DNA of 20,000 nt from an uncultured virus (IMG/VR IMGVR_UViG_3300030329_002238) (IMGVR_UViG_3300030329_002238); one strand, 5' to 3'. Shown: positions 9,480-18,355, counted from the first letter of the stretch. Translations and numbers: made by a program. The notes: generated by a model not told the origin, from the letters alone.

Positions 9480-10628
9480 TTATGCGTAAGCAACATCAAG
9501 TCTAATTACACCAAAGTCCTCAACTGCGCTGTTGTGGTCGCTTTGGAATTTTGGCTTTCTAAGACCGAAGATCTTACCAATAGAGATACCATTTTGGTTA
9601 CCGTAGTCAAAGTTATCTTCAACCATTTCCGGTAGACCGATATCAGCCATAGCAAGAGCTTGAGCTCCACAGAATAAGCAAGCAGCGCCATTGACGTCAG
9701 CGTCAGCGCCCCACTTGTATCCAGCAGATCCAGCGTTACTTGATGTTCCAGAAGTAGCTCCTGAAGTATCAAACACGTGCCTGAACTCATGTACCATTAT
9801 TCCATCAACCATTAAGCTAGAAGATCCAGCAAACAAAGTGTTGCTAGGTCCTCTTACTCCAGCATTCCTAACGTTAGCTAAGAAATCAGAGTCTAGTTTA
9901 AGGTCAGCCATTACTTGTGGAGTTACGAAAAGGTGGAATACCTCATCGTTACCTGCGCCTCTGATACCACGGATGTAGTTATCTTTAGCATAAGCTTTTA
10001 AGTCCACAATTGCGTTATAAGACAGTTTATCAGCAGCTACAGTAGCTGTGACATCACCAGCAACCAAACCACTAGTTGCATCCCATCTTCTATGTCTATT
10101 AGAAGTTGGAGATGAGACATCGCTACCAAAAGCGAGGTCACCTAGGTTTTGGCCAGTAGTGTAAACTGGTCTTAGAGCACCGTTGTTTTTCTGCGTGTAC
10201 GCGATACCAGAAAGCGTTAAAAACGCTAATTGGTCTATTCTGTCAGCAATTGCATAAGCAAGAGCGTCTCTAGAATGTTCACGGAAATTAACAACTGATT
10301 TTTGATCCGCTAATCTACCAGCAAGTCTATTAGCAAATCTTAGTTGATCTAATTGAACAACTATGTCGTATGCTCTTAACGATTCTTCATTACCTTCTAG
10401 AGTGTTATCTCCAGTGATACCATCGCCTGTCATGTCTGCTAAAAGTGTTAATACAGCTCTAGCTCCTTTTTCAGACTTAGTAAGTTCACTTATTCTTTGG
10501 ACCATTGCATTGGACCCAGAACCAGCAAACTGGTTAATGAACGACATGTTACGAGCAACGCGCCAAAAGTCACGTGACCAAGCCGTTAATTGTTCGGAGG
10601 TCAGTGACGCGAAATTAGTATTAGCCAT
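9480..10628 (-). CDS. Major capsid protein (N4-gp56 / DUF4043-like, 382 aa)
   Basis: Motifs ELTKSEKGARAVLTLLADMTGDGITGDNTLEGNEESL, IVVQLDQLRFAN and DYGNQNGISIGKIFGLRKPKF...EDFGVI. AGGAG RBS at 10636-10640. Follows portal and scaffold and is followed by a terminator. Confidence 0.93.
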   Translation of the reverse strand: MANTNFASLTSEQLTAWSRDFWRVARNMSFINQFAGSGSNAMVQRISELTKSEKGARAVLTLLADMTGDGITGDNTLEGNEESLRAYDIVVQLDQLRFANRLAGRLADQKSVVNFREHSRDALAYAIADRIDQLAFLTLSGIAYTQKNNGALRPVYTTGQNLGDLAFGSDVSSPTSNRHRRWDATSGLVAGDVTATVAADKLSYNAIVDLKAYAKDNYIRGIRGAGNDEVFHLFVTPQVMADLKLDSDFLANVRNAGVRGPSNTLFAGSSSLMVDGIMVHEFRHVFDTSGATSGTSSNAGSAGYKWGADADVNGAACLFCGAQALAMADIGLPEMVEDNFDYGNQNGISIGKIFGLRKPKFQSDHNSAVEDFGVIRLDVAYA

Positions 10629-10849
10629 TGGGCTTCTCCTATATTTATTACGTTACTATTACCTGCCAACTTATTGGGGTGACAAAATTAACCCGTATAC
10701 CTCGTATCGTGAGGGAACGACTTCGCGACTTTAACGAATGCGACCTCGACCAGATTAACGTCATGATAGACGAACAACGTTTTTTTACCTTAACGACTAG
10801 GGCTAGATATCGTTCTAGCTAACGAATTCTTTATATAATATACAACTAT
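10629..10849 (-). promoter_or_regulatory. Structured 5' leader of the capsid gene with repeated CGWUA-loop hairpins (candidate cis-regulatory RNA)
   Basis: The largest intergenic gap in the late operon. Six TAWCG copies on the plus strand (10705, 10732, 10756, 10791, 10808, 10820), most enclosed by short inverted repeats such as GCTAGA-tatcgt-TCTAGC (10802-10819) and CCTC-gtatcgt-GAGG (10700-10714). Confidence 0.6.
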
Positions 10850-11920
10850 TTACCCAAAGTCACCACGTAATCTACGTAAAGTTTCTTCTGGTAATGCATT
10901 AAATTCATCTTCAGATAAAGCATTAACATCAAGCGTAGCTTCCCCTCTTTCAGCGTTGCCTTGTCCCTGTAAATCAGGTGGTTGAGATTGAGAAGCTGCT
11001 ATCTTCTTTTTAACTGCTGCTTTCTTTTTCTTTTGTGCAACAGCTGCATCTTGTTGGGCAACTGGTTCTTGAGCTGGTTCAGGAGTGTTAGCTCCCATAA
11101 CATATCTTGTAGCTTTAGTTAAAGCATCTGCTGCTTGATACCCTTGAACAATAAAAGCATCACGAAGATCAATTACTTCGCTCGCAGTGCTTTCATTATA
11201 TTCCTGACTATTTTCGTCAAGAATTGGGTACTGCTGTTCTATAGCTTTAGCTACTGATTGAAGTTCTACAGCTTCTTGGCTCTGTTGAACTGTTTGCCCC
11301 ATTTTTTGTTGTACCTCAAATAACATCTGCTCTTTTTCAGCATTTCTAATTTCGGTTCGTAACAATGTTGCTTTCTCAGTTTCTCCTTCAAGGACTAACT
11401 CCTGGTACTCAACTTCTTTAGCTTCAAAATCATACTGTGGTGCTTCAGCTTGTAGTTGAGCTTGCTGTGCAGCTTGCTCGTCTAGCTGTTTTTGTAAAGC
11501 TTTCTGTTTTGCCAGCACTTCATCTAATCTCGATTTAGGAACCATAGGAGACTTCTTTTTATCTTCTACTGCTTCAAGCTGTTCTGGAACTGCTCCATCA
11601 TCCTCTGCATCAGCTGCTTCTGGGTCTTCCTCTCCCGCTTCCTCTCCGTCAGTCTCTCCTTCCTCAGTTGTAACAACTTCCTCTTCCGTCTCTGGATCCT
11701 CTTCTGTTGTTTCTTCAACTGCATCAGTCTCTTCTGAGTCTTCATTTACTTCCTCTTCTATTGGGTTGCCATCTCCATCTAAGCCAAAACTTAGATCCTC
11801 TGAAAAAGGTGACGCTTCTTCATCACTTACTTTATCTGCACCGGGCATTCCATCATAAGTAACATCGAATTGTCGTTCAGCCTCTTGTGAGGCCTCTACT
11901 TGTGGTTTTGCTTCTGCCAT
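10850..11920 (-). CDS. Capsid scaffolding protein (356 aa)
   Basis: Located between portal and capsid genes. Very acidic disordered N-terminus, MVPKSRLDEV followed by coiled coil, C-terminal LSEDEFNALPEETLRRLRGD. AGGAG RBS at 11927-11931. Confidence 0.85.
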   Translation of the reverse strand: MAEAKPQVEASQEAERQFDVTYDGMPGADKVSDEEASPFSEDLSFGLDGDGNPIEEEVNEDSEETDAVEETTEEDPETEEEVVTTEEGETDGEEAGEEDPEAADAEDDGAVPEQLEAVEDKKKSPMVPKSRLDEVLAKQKALQKQLDEQAAQQAQLQAEAPQYDFEAKEVEYQELVLEGETEKATLLRTEIRNAEKEQMLFEVQQKMGQTVQQSQEAVELQSVAKAIEQQYPILDENSQEYNESTASEVIDLRDAFIVQGYQAADALTKATRYVMGANTPEPAQEPVAQQDAAVAQKKKKAAVKKKIAASQSQPPDLQGQGNAERGEATLDVNALSEDEFNALPEETLRRLRGDFG

Positions 11921-11934
11921 AATTTACTCCTATA

Positions 11935-14037
11935 TTATTGCTTCATTGCTTCAGTCGCCATTTTAACGGCTGCTTGGGTTTCCGCCTGAGTTCTACGTAC
12001 ATCATTTGTGTCCGCAGATAAGTTCTGACGTACCGCCAATTCTTCTCTCTTCATTTGTAGCTCAGATTGTAACTTAGCTATCTGTAATTGTGGATCTATT
12101 TCGGCTATATCCTGAGCTTTAGCTGAATTAAGTTGAGCTTCAGATTGTGTTCTCATTATCTCTGCTTCTAATTTAGCTATTTCTAATTGTATTTGTTGCA
12201 TTTGTGCTTCCATTTGGAATTGCATAAGCTGTGCTTCTTCTTCCGTTGGTGGTTCTTGACCAGTTAGTACTCTAATTCTTCTAGCAAGTTCTCCTTTTCT
12301 CTGTAAGTTTGAGTATTCTACAATAACATCATCTGGTATGGGAACACCCATTTGTTTTAATTCAAGTGCTTGTGCAAATTGTATATCATCAAAATTATCT
12401 CTAGCGGGGGCAGTTCCGACAATTACATCATACTCACCAAGCGTTAAGTTATTAATCACTATACCTTCAGGAGTCATTTGATTAACAACCATAGGTTCAC
12501 GAGGTTTCATTGGATCTTCTTCATTTGTAACTTGTATAACTCTTTCTTCAGTGTAGAAATTTTGTATAAGACCTAAAACATTTTCAGCTAAATACTGTCT
12601 AGTCTTAGTTAAGTTGTCTAATGGCACTTGTATCATTAAAGCACCACGTTCTTGTTTAGCTCTGATAGCAACTCCAGACACTTCTGGTTTATCAGTACCT
12701 AACATAGAATCACTAACACCACTTATTTCTTTTATATTAAAGGCGGCTTTTTTAGCTATATTATCTATTCCAGTAGGTATAGTATTAGAAGGGATTTTTG
12801 CCGGGGGTTCTGACCCACGGTTATATTCTAATACTAACCCCGTCTCTGCTCCATGCTCTTCTAAATCATCAGCAGTCATTCCTACTAATGATCCAGACTC
12901 TACCATCCAACCACTATTAGCAGTGGTGTTTACTATATGTAGTTCTTGAGAAGATATTTTGTTTAATTGTTCTTGGGGAGAAAGTAAATTTCTTACCATC
13001 CCAAATGGTTTACCTCTTCTCCAATATGGGAAATAAGGAACAACTGTAAAATCAGAATATGGAGACCAATCATCGTGTAGTACTACTTTATCTGCTGTAA
13101 CTGTCCATCTGACTTTTTTATGTAATTTTTCAATTACATCTAAATTAAAATCTCTAGCAAACTTATTGCGTTTTGTTTTTGACCACCCCGCTGGAACTTC
13201 TCTCATATCTCCAGTTTCTGGGTCAACATAAAACTCACATAACATAAGTTTACGATGTTGTCTTTCTATAACTCTTATAGCTCTAACTGCTCCAACTTCT
13301 TCTGGGTCAGCTATAGGGTCTTCTCTATATTCAAGTCCTGTATTAACAGTGCCATATCTTTGTTCTTCATATTCAACAGAATCTATCCCAAAGCTTGAAC
13401 CATTTTCGGCAATCACTCTTAACTTATCTGCTTTAGGTTGACCATATAATTCTTCAATCTCGTCTGTAGTCATCCACCGAGTTTTAAATACTTCATTCCA
13501 AGATTTCGGGTCCCACTCTTTTGCATCTGGGTCTATTAATATATCTAATGGGTCTTCCGCTTTTATTCTTATCTCACCTTCTACATGATCACTAAAATCC
13601 ATTCTTACATCAAAATACCCACGGTCTTGTATAAGCCCGTCTGTAAATATCTGACTCTCTACCCAGTCTAATTTATTATTATCCCCAATCTGTTTAAATA
13701 GTTTATTTAAAACAACCGCTGTTTCTTCATCAGCATTTCTTCTTGGTTTAAAGTTAATGTCCATTCTTCTTGTGGACTGTTCACCTACCACAGTATTTAC
13801 TGTTGGTAATATTGTGTTGATCGTAAGTGCGGGTCTCCCTTCTTCATCTAGTGCAGCTATATCTGCTTGGTCCCATTGCTCCCCCCTATAAAAAGCATCA
13901 CATTTTTTAGCCATATCTACATATTCTAGATGGCCATTATCTCTTGCCCTTTTATATCGGTCCCATTGGTTTTTACATATGCGGTGCTCTTCTTCACCTG
14001 TGAGTTTCTTTTGTTTTTTGTATCTAGGATCTGGCAT
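11935..14037 (-). CDS. Portal protein (P22-like, 700 aa)
   Basis: FYRGEQW...GRPALTINTILPTVNTVVGEQ, GMVRNLLSPQEQLNK and SGVAIRAKQERG motifs, a long Gln-rich C-terminal barrel helix, and position directly after terL. Confidence 0.93.
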   Translation of the reverse strand: MPDPRYKKQKKLTGEEEHRICKNQWDRYKRARDNGHLEYVDMAKKCDAFYRGEQWDQADIAALDEEGRPALTINTILPTVNTVVGEQSTRRMDINFKPRRNADEETAVVLNKLFKQIGDNNKLDWVESQIFTDGLIQDRGYFDVRMDFSDHVEGEIRIKAEDPLDILIDPDAKEWDPKSWNEVFKTRWMTTDEIEELYGQPKADKLRVIAENGSSFGIDSVEYEEQRYGTVNTGLEYREDPIADPEEVGAVRAIRVIERQHRKLMLCEFYVDPETGDMREVPAGWSKTKRNKFARDFNLDVIEKLHKKVRWTVTADKVVLHDDWSPYSDFTVVPYFPYWRRGKPFGMVRNLLSPQEQLNKISSQELHIVNTTANSGWMVESGSLVGMTADDLEEHGAETGLVLEYNRGSEPPAKIPSNTIPTGIDNIAKKAAFNIKEISGVSDSMLGTDKPEVSGVAIRAKQERGALMIQVPLDNLTKTRQYLAENVLGLIQNFYTEERVIQVTNEEDPMKPREPMVVNQMTPEGIVINNLTLGEYDVIVGTAPARDNFDDIQFAQALELKQMGVPIPDDVIVEYSNLQRKGELARRIRVLTGQEPPTEEEAQLMQFQMEAQMQQIQLEIAKLEAEIMRTQSEAQLNSAKAQDIAEIDPQLQIAKLQSELQMKREELAVRQNLSADTNDVRRTQAETQAAVKMATEAMKQ

Positions 14038-15689
14038 TATGCTCTCATTGCTGTTTTAGTTTTAATATCTTTCGCAAGATGTTTTAATTTATCTCTCCAT
14101 GATGGGATATGTTCAACTGGTTCAACATAAGTTGCAAACTCAGCCATCATTAATCCAACCCATGCCAAAGCATCAACCTGGTCATCATGAACTCCATTTG
14201 GGAAACGTAATAATTCTGCAACTAGTGGACCTGTCCATATTTCATCTTTAGGTATTTTAACCATTCCTTGTTGCATCCTACCTTGTATTGCCCTCGCTCT
14301 TGCTTCCTTATCTCGCCTTCCCGGTTTCAAATCTTTAAAATAAGCCTCATATAGTTTACGCTCTCTTACCCTTTTTTCCAAGAATGGACCAAGGGCCATC
14401 TCTATATGACCTTTCTCAATGCCAATTATGGACGGTCTCCACTGTTCATACAAGTCTAAAATGCGTTCAACTATCTCAAAACCGTCAAATTTGCCTCGAA
14501 CTAGATCAATTATATACATATAATCGTATTCATCTACTCCTACAACAATTCCAACTGAATAATCGTTCCTGTCTCTTTGACCAATGGCCAAGTCCCATGC
14601 ACAGTAAAATTTCATTCTGCCAAGGTCAATTTCGTCTGGTTCATAATACCTGATCATATCTCTTGTGAAATAATCACCTTCATCTGAAACTGGATTTTGC
14701 TGATATAGTGCTGACCAATCTCGAGGACCAACAGCTCTTTTTATTTTTTCTAACGAAGGTAAATTGTATCTATCTTCATGTAACGCCTCGCCCATCTTTC
14801 TGTACTCTTCATCGGCTTCTGCTATTGCTGGATATTTAACCACCTCCCATTCATCACCACCATCAGCTGCGCCTCTTAGTAAACGTCCAGCTAAATCATC
14901 ATCATGCCACCTAGTTAAAATTATAAGTATCCCCCCACCTGGAGCGAGACGGGTATACGCAGTGGATGTATACCAGTCCCACACTGACTCTCTATTAAAA
15001 TCTGATTCTGCATCTTCTCTATTTTTTACTGGGTCATCGATTACAAGTACATGAGCACCTTTACCAGTAATACCACCTCCAACACCAGCTGCTACATAAC
15101 CACCACCTTTGGTAGTTAACCATGCTTCAACTGACTGTGAAGTTGGGTCTAATTTTGCGTCTGTGAACACATTCTTATATAATGGCTCCCGCAGTAAATG
15201 ACGGACCTTTCTACTGAAAGACATCGCCAACGATCCAGAGTACGAGCAACTTATAAATTCATGTTTTGGATTTCTGCCTAAGTGCCATGCTGGGTAAGCG
15301 ATACTAGCTAATGTTGATTTCCCATGTCGTGGTGGCATAAACAACATTAATCTAGGAGATTTCCGATCAACTACATCTTGACTAAACTTTTCGAGGCGCT
15401 GGCAAATGTCTTTGTGTACCCAACCAGCAGAATAGTCAGGATTAAATCTCTCTACAAAAGGAAGGAGTCTTTTTCGTGAAAGTATACGTTTGGCTAATTC
15501 TTTTTGTGCCTTTAACGATGCGGCTTCTGCCTTTGGATCTTCTTCTTGTGGAGTTGGATCAGGGTTCGGGGCAATCCGCTCAGCGTCATCGGCTCGACAA
15601 TATACACATAGACCATGTTCCTCCGAATACAATGTTTGCGGATGTAATTTCTTACAACGTGGACATTCTACTTTAGGTATTGTGCTCAT
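14037..15689 (-). CDS. terL: Terminase large subunit (550 aa) with N-terminal Cys4 zinc-finger extension
   Basis: Walker A MPPRHGKS, Walker B VLVIDDP, coupling motif ILTRW, RNase H-like nuclease AWDLA...DYSV...HDDQVDA. Confidence 0.96.
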   Translation of the reverse strand: MSTIPKVECPRCKKLHPQTLYSEEHGLCVYCRADDAERIAPNPDPTPQEEDPKAEAASLKAQKELAKRILSRKRLLPFVERFNPDYSAGWVHKDICQRLEKFSQDVVDRKSPRLMLFMPPRHGKSTLASIAYPAWHLGRNPKHEFISCSYSGSLAMSFSRKVRHLLREPLYKNVFTDAKLDPTSQSVEAWLTTKGGGYVAAGVGGGITGKGAHVLVIDDPVKNREDAESDFNRESVWDWYTSTAYTRLAPGGGILIILTRWHDDDLAGRLLRGAADGGDEWEVVKYPAIAEADEEYRKMGEALHEDRYNLPSLEKIKRAVGPRDWSALYQQNPVSDEGDYFTRDMIRYYEPDEIDLGRMKFYCAWDLAIGQRDRNDYSVGIVVGVDEYDYMYIIDLVRGKFDGFEIVERILDLYEQWRPSIIGIEKGHIEMALGPFLEKRVRERKLYEAYFKDLKPGRRDKEARARAIQGRMQQGMVKIPKDEIWTGPLVAELLRFPNGVHDDQVDALAWVGLMMAEFATYVEPVEHIPSWRDKLKHLAKDIKTKTAMRA

Positions 15690-16417
15690 AACCCCATTGC
15701 CTCTTTACCAAACACTTCTATATTTTTACGCCTCATTTCATCAAAATCTTCCCCTTTACCAATCCTTCTCCATAATTCTTCTTCTGTTTCTAGATCAGCC
15801 CCTAGTAGATCACCGGATGGGGTAATACCAATAGCCTTTAAATACTCCTCTTCTTTTTTAGGGTCACGGAACCCTTCTTTCCCTTGAACTGTAAATTTAC
15901 CTAAAGACCTTACTGGATTAGCAAGAGCTTCATTAATAATATTAGTCTCTGTAAGAACATCAGCTATTTTTTTCCTAATCCATCTTCCATAACCATAATG
16001 ATCCATTCCTTCGTAATTGGTATCCTCTACAAGCATGTATTCTGGGTAATAAATTGTCCCTCCAGTACCTGCATCCATATATTTACGGGCTAACCTCATA
16101 CTATTAATATAATCTCTAGGTCCTGCATTAGGGTCAAGAGATTTTAAAAAAGTTTCAGCCTCAGGATTATCTTCCACTTTATTTAAATCAATACCTTGAG
16201 GTATAAAAAACACTCCGGTCATAGAGCTTAAACCTGTTTTTTCAGCCCACTTTTCACTTAACTCGGGAGGTAATGTTTTTACATTAATGTTCCTCTCTCT
16301 TAAATGGTCTATTAAATCCGGAGCATACTCATACTCCTCCCAAGTACTCATTATTGGAGAGTCCTTAATTTTAGTTTTAAGGTTTAATAAGGATTGATCT
16401 ACTTTTCCTATGCTCAT
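15686..16417 (-). CDS. Hypothetical accessory protein (243 aa) inserted between terS and terL
   Basis: Translationally coupled at both ends (TAATG and ATGA overlaps). No intact recognisable motif. Confidence 0.75.
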   Translation of the reverse strand: MSIGKVDQSLLNLKTKIKDSPIMSTWEEYEYAPDLIDHLRERNINVKTLPPELSEKWAEKTGLSSMTGVFFIPQGIDLNKVEDNPEAETFLKSLDPNAGPRDYINSMRLARKYMDAGTGGTIYYPEYMLVEDTNYEGMDHYGYGRWIRKKIADVLTETNIINEALANPVRSLGKFTVQGKEGFRDPKKEEEYLKAIGITPSGDLLGADLETEEELWRRIGKGEDFDEMRRKNIEVFGKEAMGL

Positions 16418-17301
16418 TATTTAGGTAGTTCTTTGATTTTATATTTTTCGGGTCTAAGAAGAATAACTGTTCGTTTCAAATCAGTCTTTGGTCCAGAAGC
16501 GTTTAAAGTTCGAATAGCATCATATCCATTCGCTTCTAAAAAATCTCTTTGTGCGGGGGTGACTTTAAGAAGTGAATTTTTCCCCCTCTTTAACGATTCT
16601 AATTCTTTTACTTTCCTAAGGTCTTTTGCTTCTTCTGCTAATTTTATTTCTTCATCCAATTTCTTCCCCATAAATTTTGATGGTTTATTAAAGTCATATA
16701 TTTTTTTAGCCACAGAAGTATCTATTTCATATAAAGCTTTTCTACTAGGAGATGCGTAGTCTTCAGCTACCTTTTTTTCAGCAGTATAAAGACCTGCTTG
16801 AAAAGGAGTGGGCGGAGTTTTAGTTGTTGGGTGCTCAGTTTGGGGAAACCTAGAAGAAAAAGTTGGTCTAAATAATGTATCGTCATCTATTTTTTCCCCC
16901 TTCATAGCACGGTCGTAAGTTGTTCTTAAAGTACTAATATTTTTTTCACCGCCGTGGTATGTTGTTTTAGGTGTAATCATTCTAGTAAACCTATCCACAA
17001 CCTGATCAGAATACATTTTAGTTTTGGCTAGTGTATTGACTGCTGTTTTACCTAACCCCAACCCAAAAAGTTCTGCAACGGGTAGAACTTGTTTTAGTCC
17101 TTGTGGTCCATAATCAGAATCTACAGATTGCCCAGTTTGTGGTTGACTAAGTGCATGCCAGTCCTCGTCTGTCAGTGCTCGTGGTGGAATGCCTAATCTA
17201 GAAGACATTTCTACTTCGCTCTCGGTTATTGGTCCACGGTCGATTTCTTCTTGGAGTTTATCTAGTGCAACTTCATAATCACTTAATGTGCCTATGCTCA
17301 C
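16417..17301 (-). CDS. Putative ADP-ribosyltransferase-fold protein (294 aa), possibly virion-delivered
   Basis: C-terminal domain carries TYHGG...AGLYTAE..VAEDY...LYEID...GYDAIR...VILLRP, the motif order seen in phage ART-like (ART-PolyVal-type) domains. GTG start overlaps the terS stop. Confidence 0.6.
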   Translation of the reverse strand: MSIGTLSDYEVALDKLQEEIDRGPITESEVEMSSRLGIPPRALTDEDWHALSQPQTGQSVDSDYGPQGLKQVLPVAELFGLGLGKTAVNTLAKTKMYSDQVVDRFTRMITPKTTYHGGEKNISTLRTTYDRAMKGEKIDDDTLFRPTFSSRFPQTEHPTTKTPPTPFQAGLYTAEKKVAEDYASPSRKALYEIDTSVAKKIYDFNKPSKFMGKKLDEEIKLAEEAKDLRKVKELESLKRGKNSLLKVTPAQRDFLEANGYDAIRTLNASGPKTDLKRTVILLRPEKYKIKELPK

Positions 17302-17777
17302 TTTTTAGGCTCCAGATATTTAACATCATCACCTGCTAACTTTAGTAACTCCTCATCAGATAAATTTTCTAGCCTTTCTACTTGCTCTGCATTAATAATA
17401 TTTATTTGTGTTGCATTTTCAGGAGCGAAAAGGCCATGTAATTTACATAATGAATCTACAATGTTTTTTTCTTCGGTAGCATTAGCTGATTTTCTATGAG
17501 CTTCGAGATACATACTAGTCGCAGTACCTTTATCAAAGTTATACTCTCGTCTAGATTCTTCACGTAAATAATTAACCGCTTGTATAATTTTAGGCTTCTT
17601 AAAAATATCATAAACAGAGTCCATATCCTGATACCCCGCCGCTCGTCCAGCAGCAGCTTTTGTCATTCCTCTTAAATAACACAGGATTAACCGTTCTTCT
17701 TGTACGCTTAATTCGTTTAAATGTATGCCCATATAAGGGTAGTGGGACTGTAATTCAGCTCTTTCAGAATTTGCCAT
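17298..17777 (-). CDS. terS: Terminase small subunit (159 aa)
   Basis: N-terminal HTH LSVQEERLILCYLRGMTKAAAGRAAGY...KKPKIIQAV, oligomerisation helices ending LCKLHGL, C-terminal LSDEELLKLA. Upstream of terL. Confidence 0.8.
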   Translation of the reverse strand: MANSERAELQSHYPYMGIHLNELSVQEERLILCYLRGMTKAAAGRAAGYQDMDSVYDIFKKPKIIQAVNYLREESRREYNFDKGTATSMYLEAHRKSANATEEKNIVDSLCKLHGLFAPENATQINIINAEQVERLENLSDEELLKLAGDDVKYLEPKK

Positions 17778-17789
17778 GTAAATATAGTA

Positions 17790-18266
17790 TCAAATTTCAC
17801 CTTTGGTCGTCACTATATTCTTTATCCACCAGTAAAACATATCTTCAGTTAAAGTATGTTTCATTGTGTTGATTCTATGACATACAAGCTGGATATTTCC
17901 TGGTGTGTAATGTAAGTTAGGATTAACTCTATCTATTGATACATTAAAATCGTGTACACCAGTACCGTCTTTAATATGTGTCATGTGTACACCGCTGATG
18001 GCACATCGTCCTTTTTGTTTATCCCATATCTGTATCAAATATCCAGGGTCGATGGCCCATTCCATTTCTGGGTTTTTCTTGTTTCTTGAGTATTTCAACT
18101 GAGTGCACAAATGAGAAAGGTAAGCTTCTGGAGTTGCACTCCTACTTCTGTTCTGTTCAGCTGTTCTACATTTTTTGCAAATAGATCTATTCCATTTTCC
18201 TTTAAGAACTTCAAATTCTTTTAGGGGTCGATCCTTCTTACAATCAGCACATGTCCTTGTACTCAT
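17790..18266 (-). CDS. HNH / His-Me finger endonuclease-like protein with N-terminal zinc finger (158 aa)
   Basis: CADC...CKKC zinc finger, then QKGRCAISG...SIDRVNPNLHYTPGNIQLVCHRINTMK (beta-beta-alpha-metal pattern). Confidence 0.75.
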   Translation of the reverse strand: MSTRTCADCKKDRPLKEFEVLKGKWNRSICKKCRTAEQNRSRSATPEAYLSHLCTQLKYSRNKKNPEMEWAIDPGYLIQIWDKQKGRCAISGVHMTHIKDGTGVHDFNVSIDRVNPNLHYTPGNIQLVCHRINTMKHTLTEDMFYWWIKNIVTTKGEI

Positions 18267-18280
18267 CAGGGCACTTTAGC

Positions 18281-18319
18281 ATAGAAAATTTTTTATAGAA
18301 ATTTTTTATAAAAATATAT
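18281..18319. repeat. AT-rich tandem, quasi-palindromic repeat at the late/early divergence
   Basis: ATAGAAAATTTTTT ATAGAAATTTTTT ATAAAAATATAT, with only 2 G/C in 39 bp. Confidence 0.8.
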
Positions 18320-18355
18320 CCCTATATCGCTCGCTCAGGGGAGTCCCAGTGCCTG

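Noticed and set aside
7217..9790. Same-strand alternative-frame ORFs 7217-7447 and 9506-9790 (possible overprinting or capsid frameshift extension)
   Set aside because: Both are fully nested in well-supported genes. The 9506-9790 frame stops before the capsid stop, so it cannot give a C-terminal extension, and no slippery site was evident.
14037..15689. Intron or intein in terminase, portal or capsid genes
   Set aside because: ORFs are continuous and of ordinary length with motifs at normal spacing. No intein-like C...HN junctions were seen.
819..17872. Plus-strand ORFs in the track (819, 1417, 4838, 6143, 8515, 9432, 9691, 10363, 10628, 12614, 13930, 14384, 14764, 15476, 15490, 16394, 17660)
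   Set aside because: Antisense shadows of long minus-strand genes or of the capsid leader, mostly with Ser/Phe/Leu-biased composition and no convincing RBS noticed.
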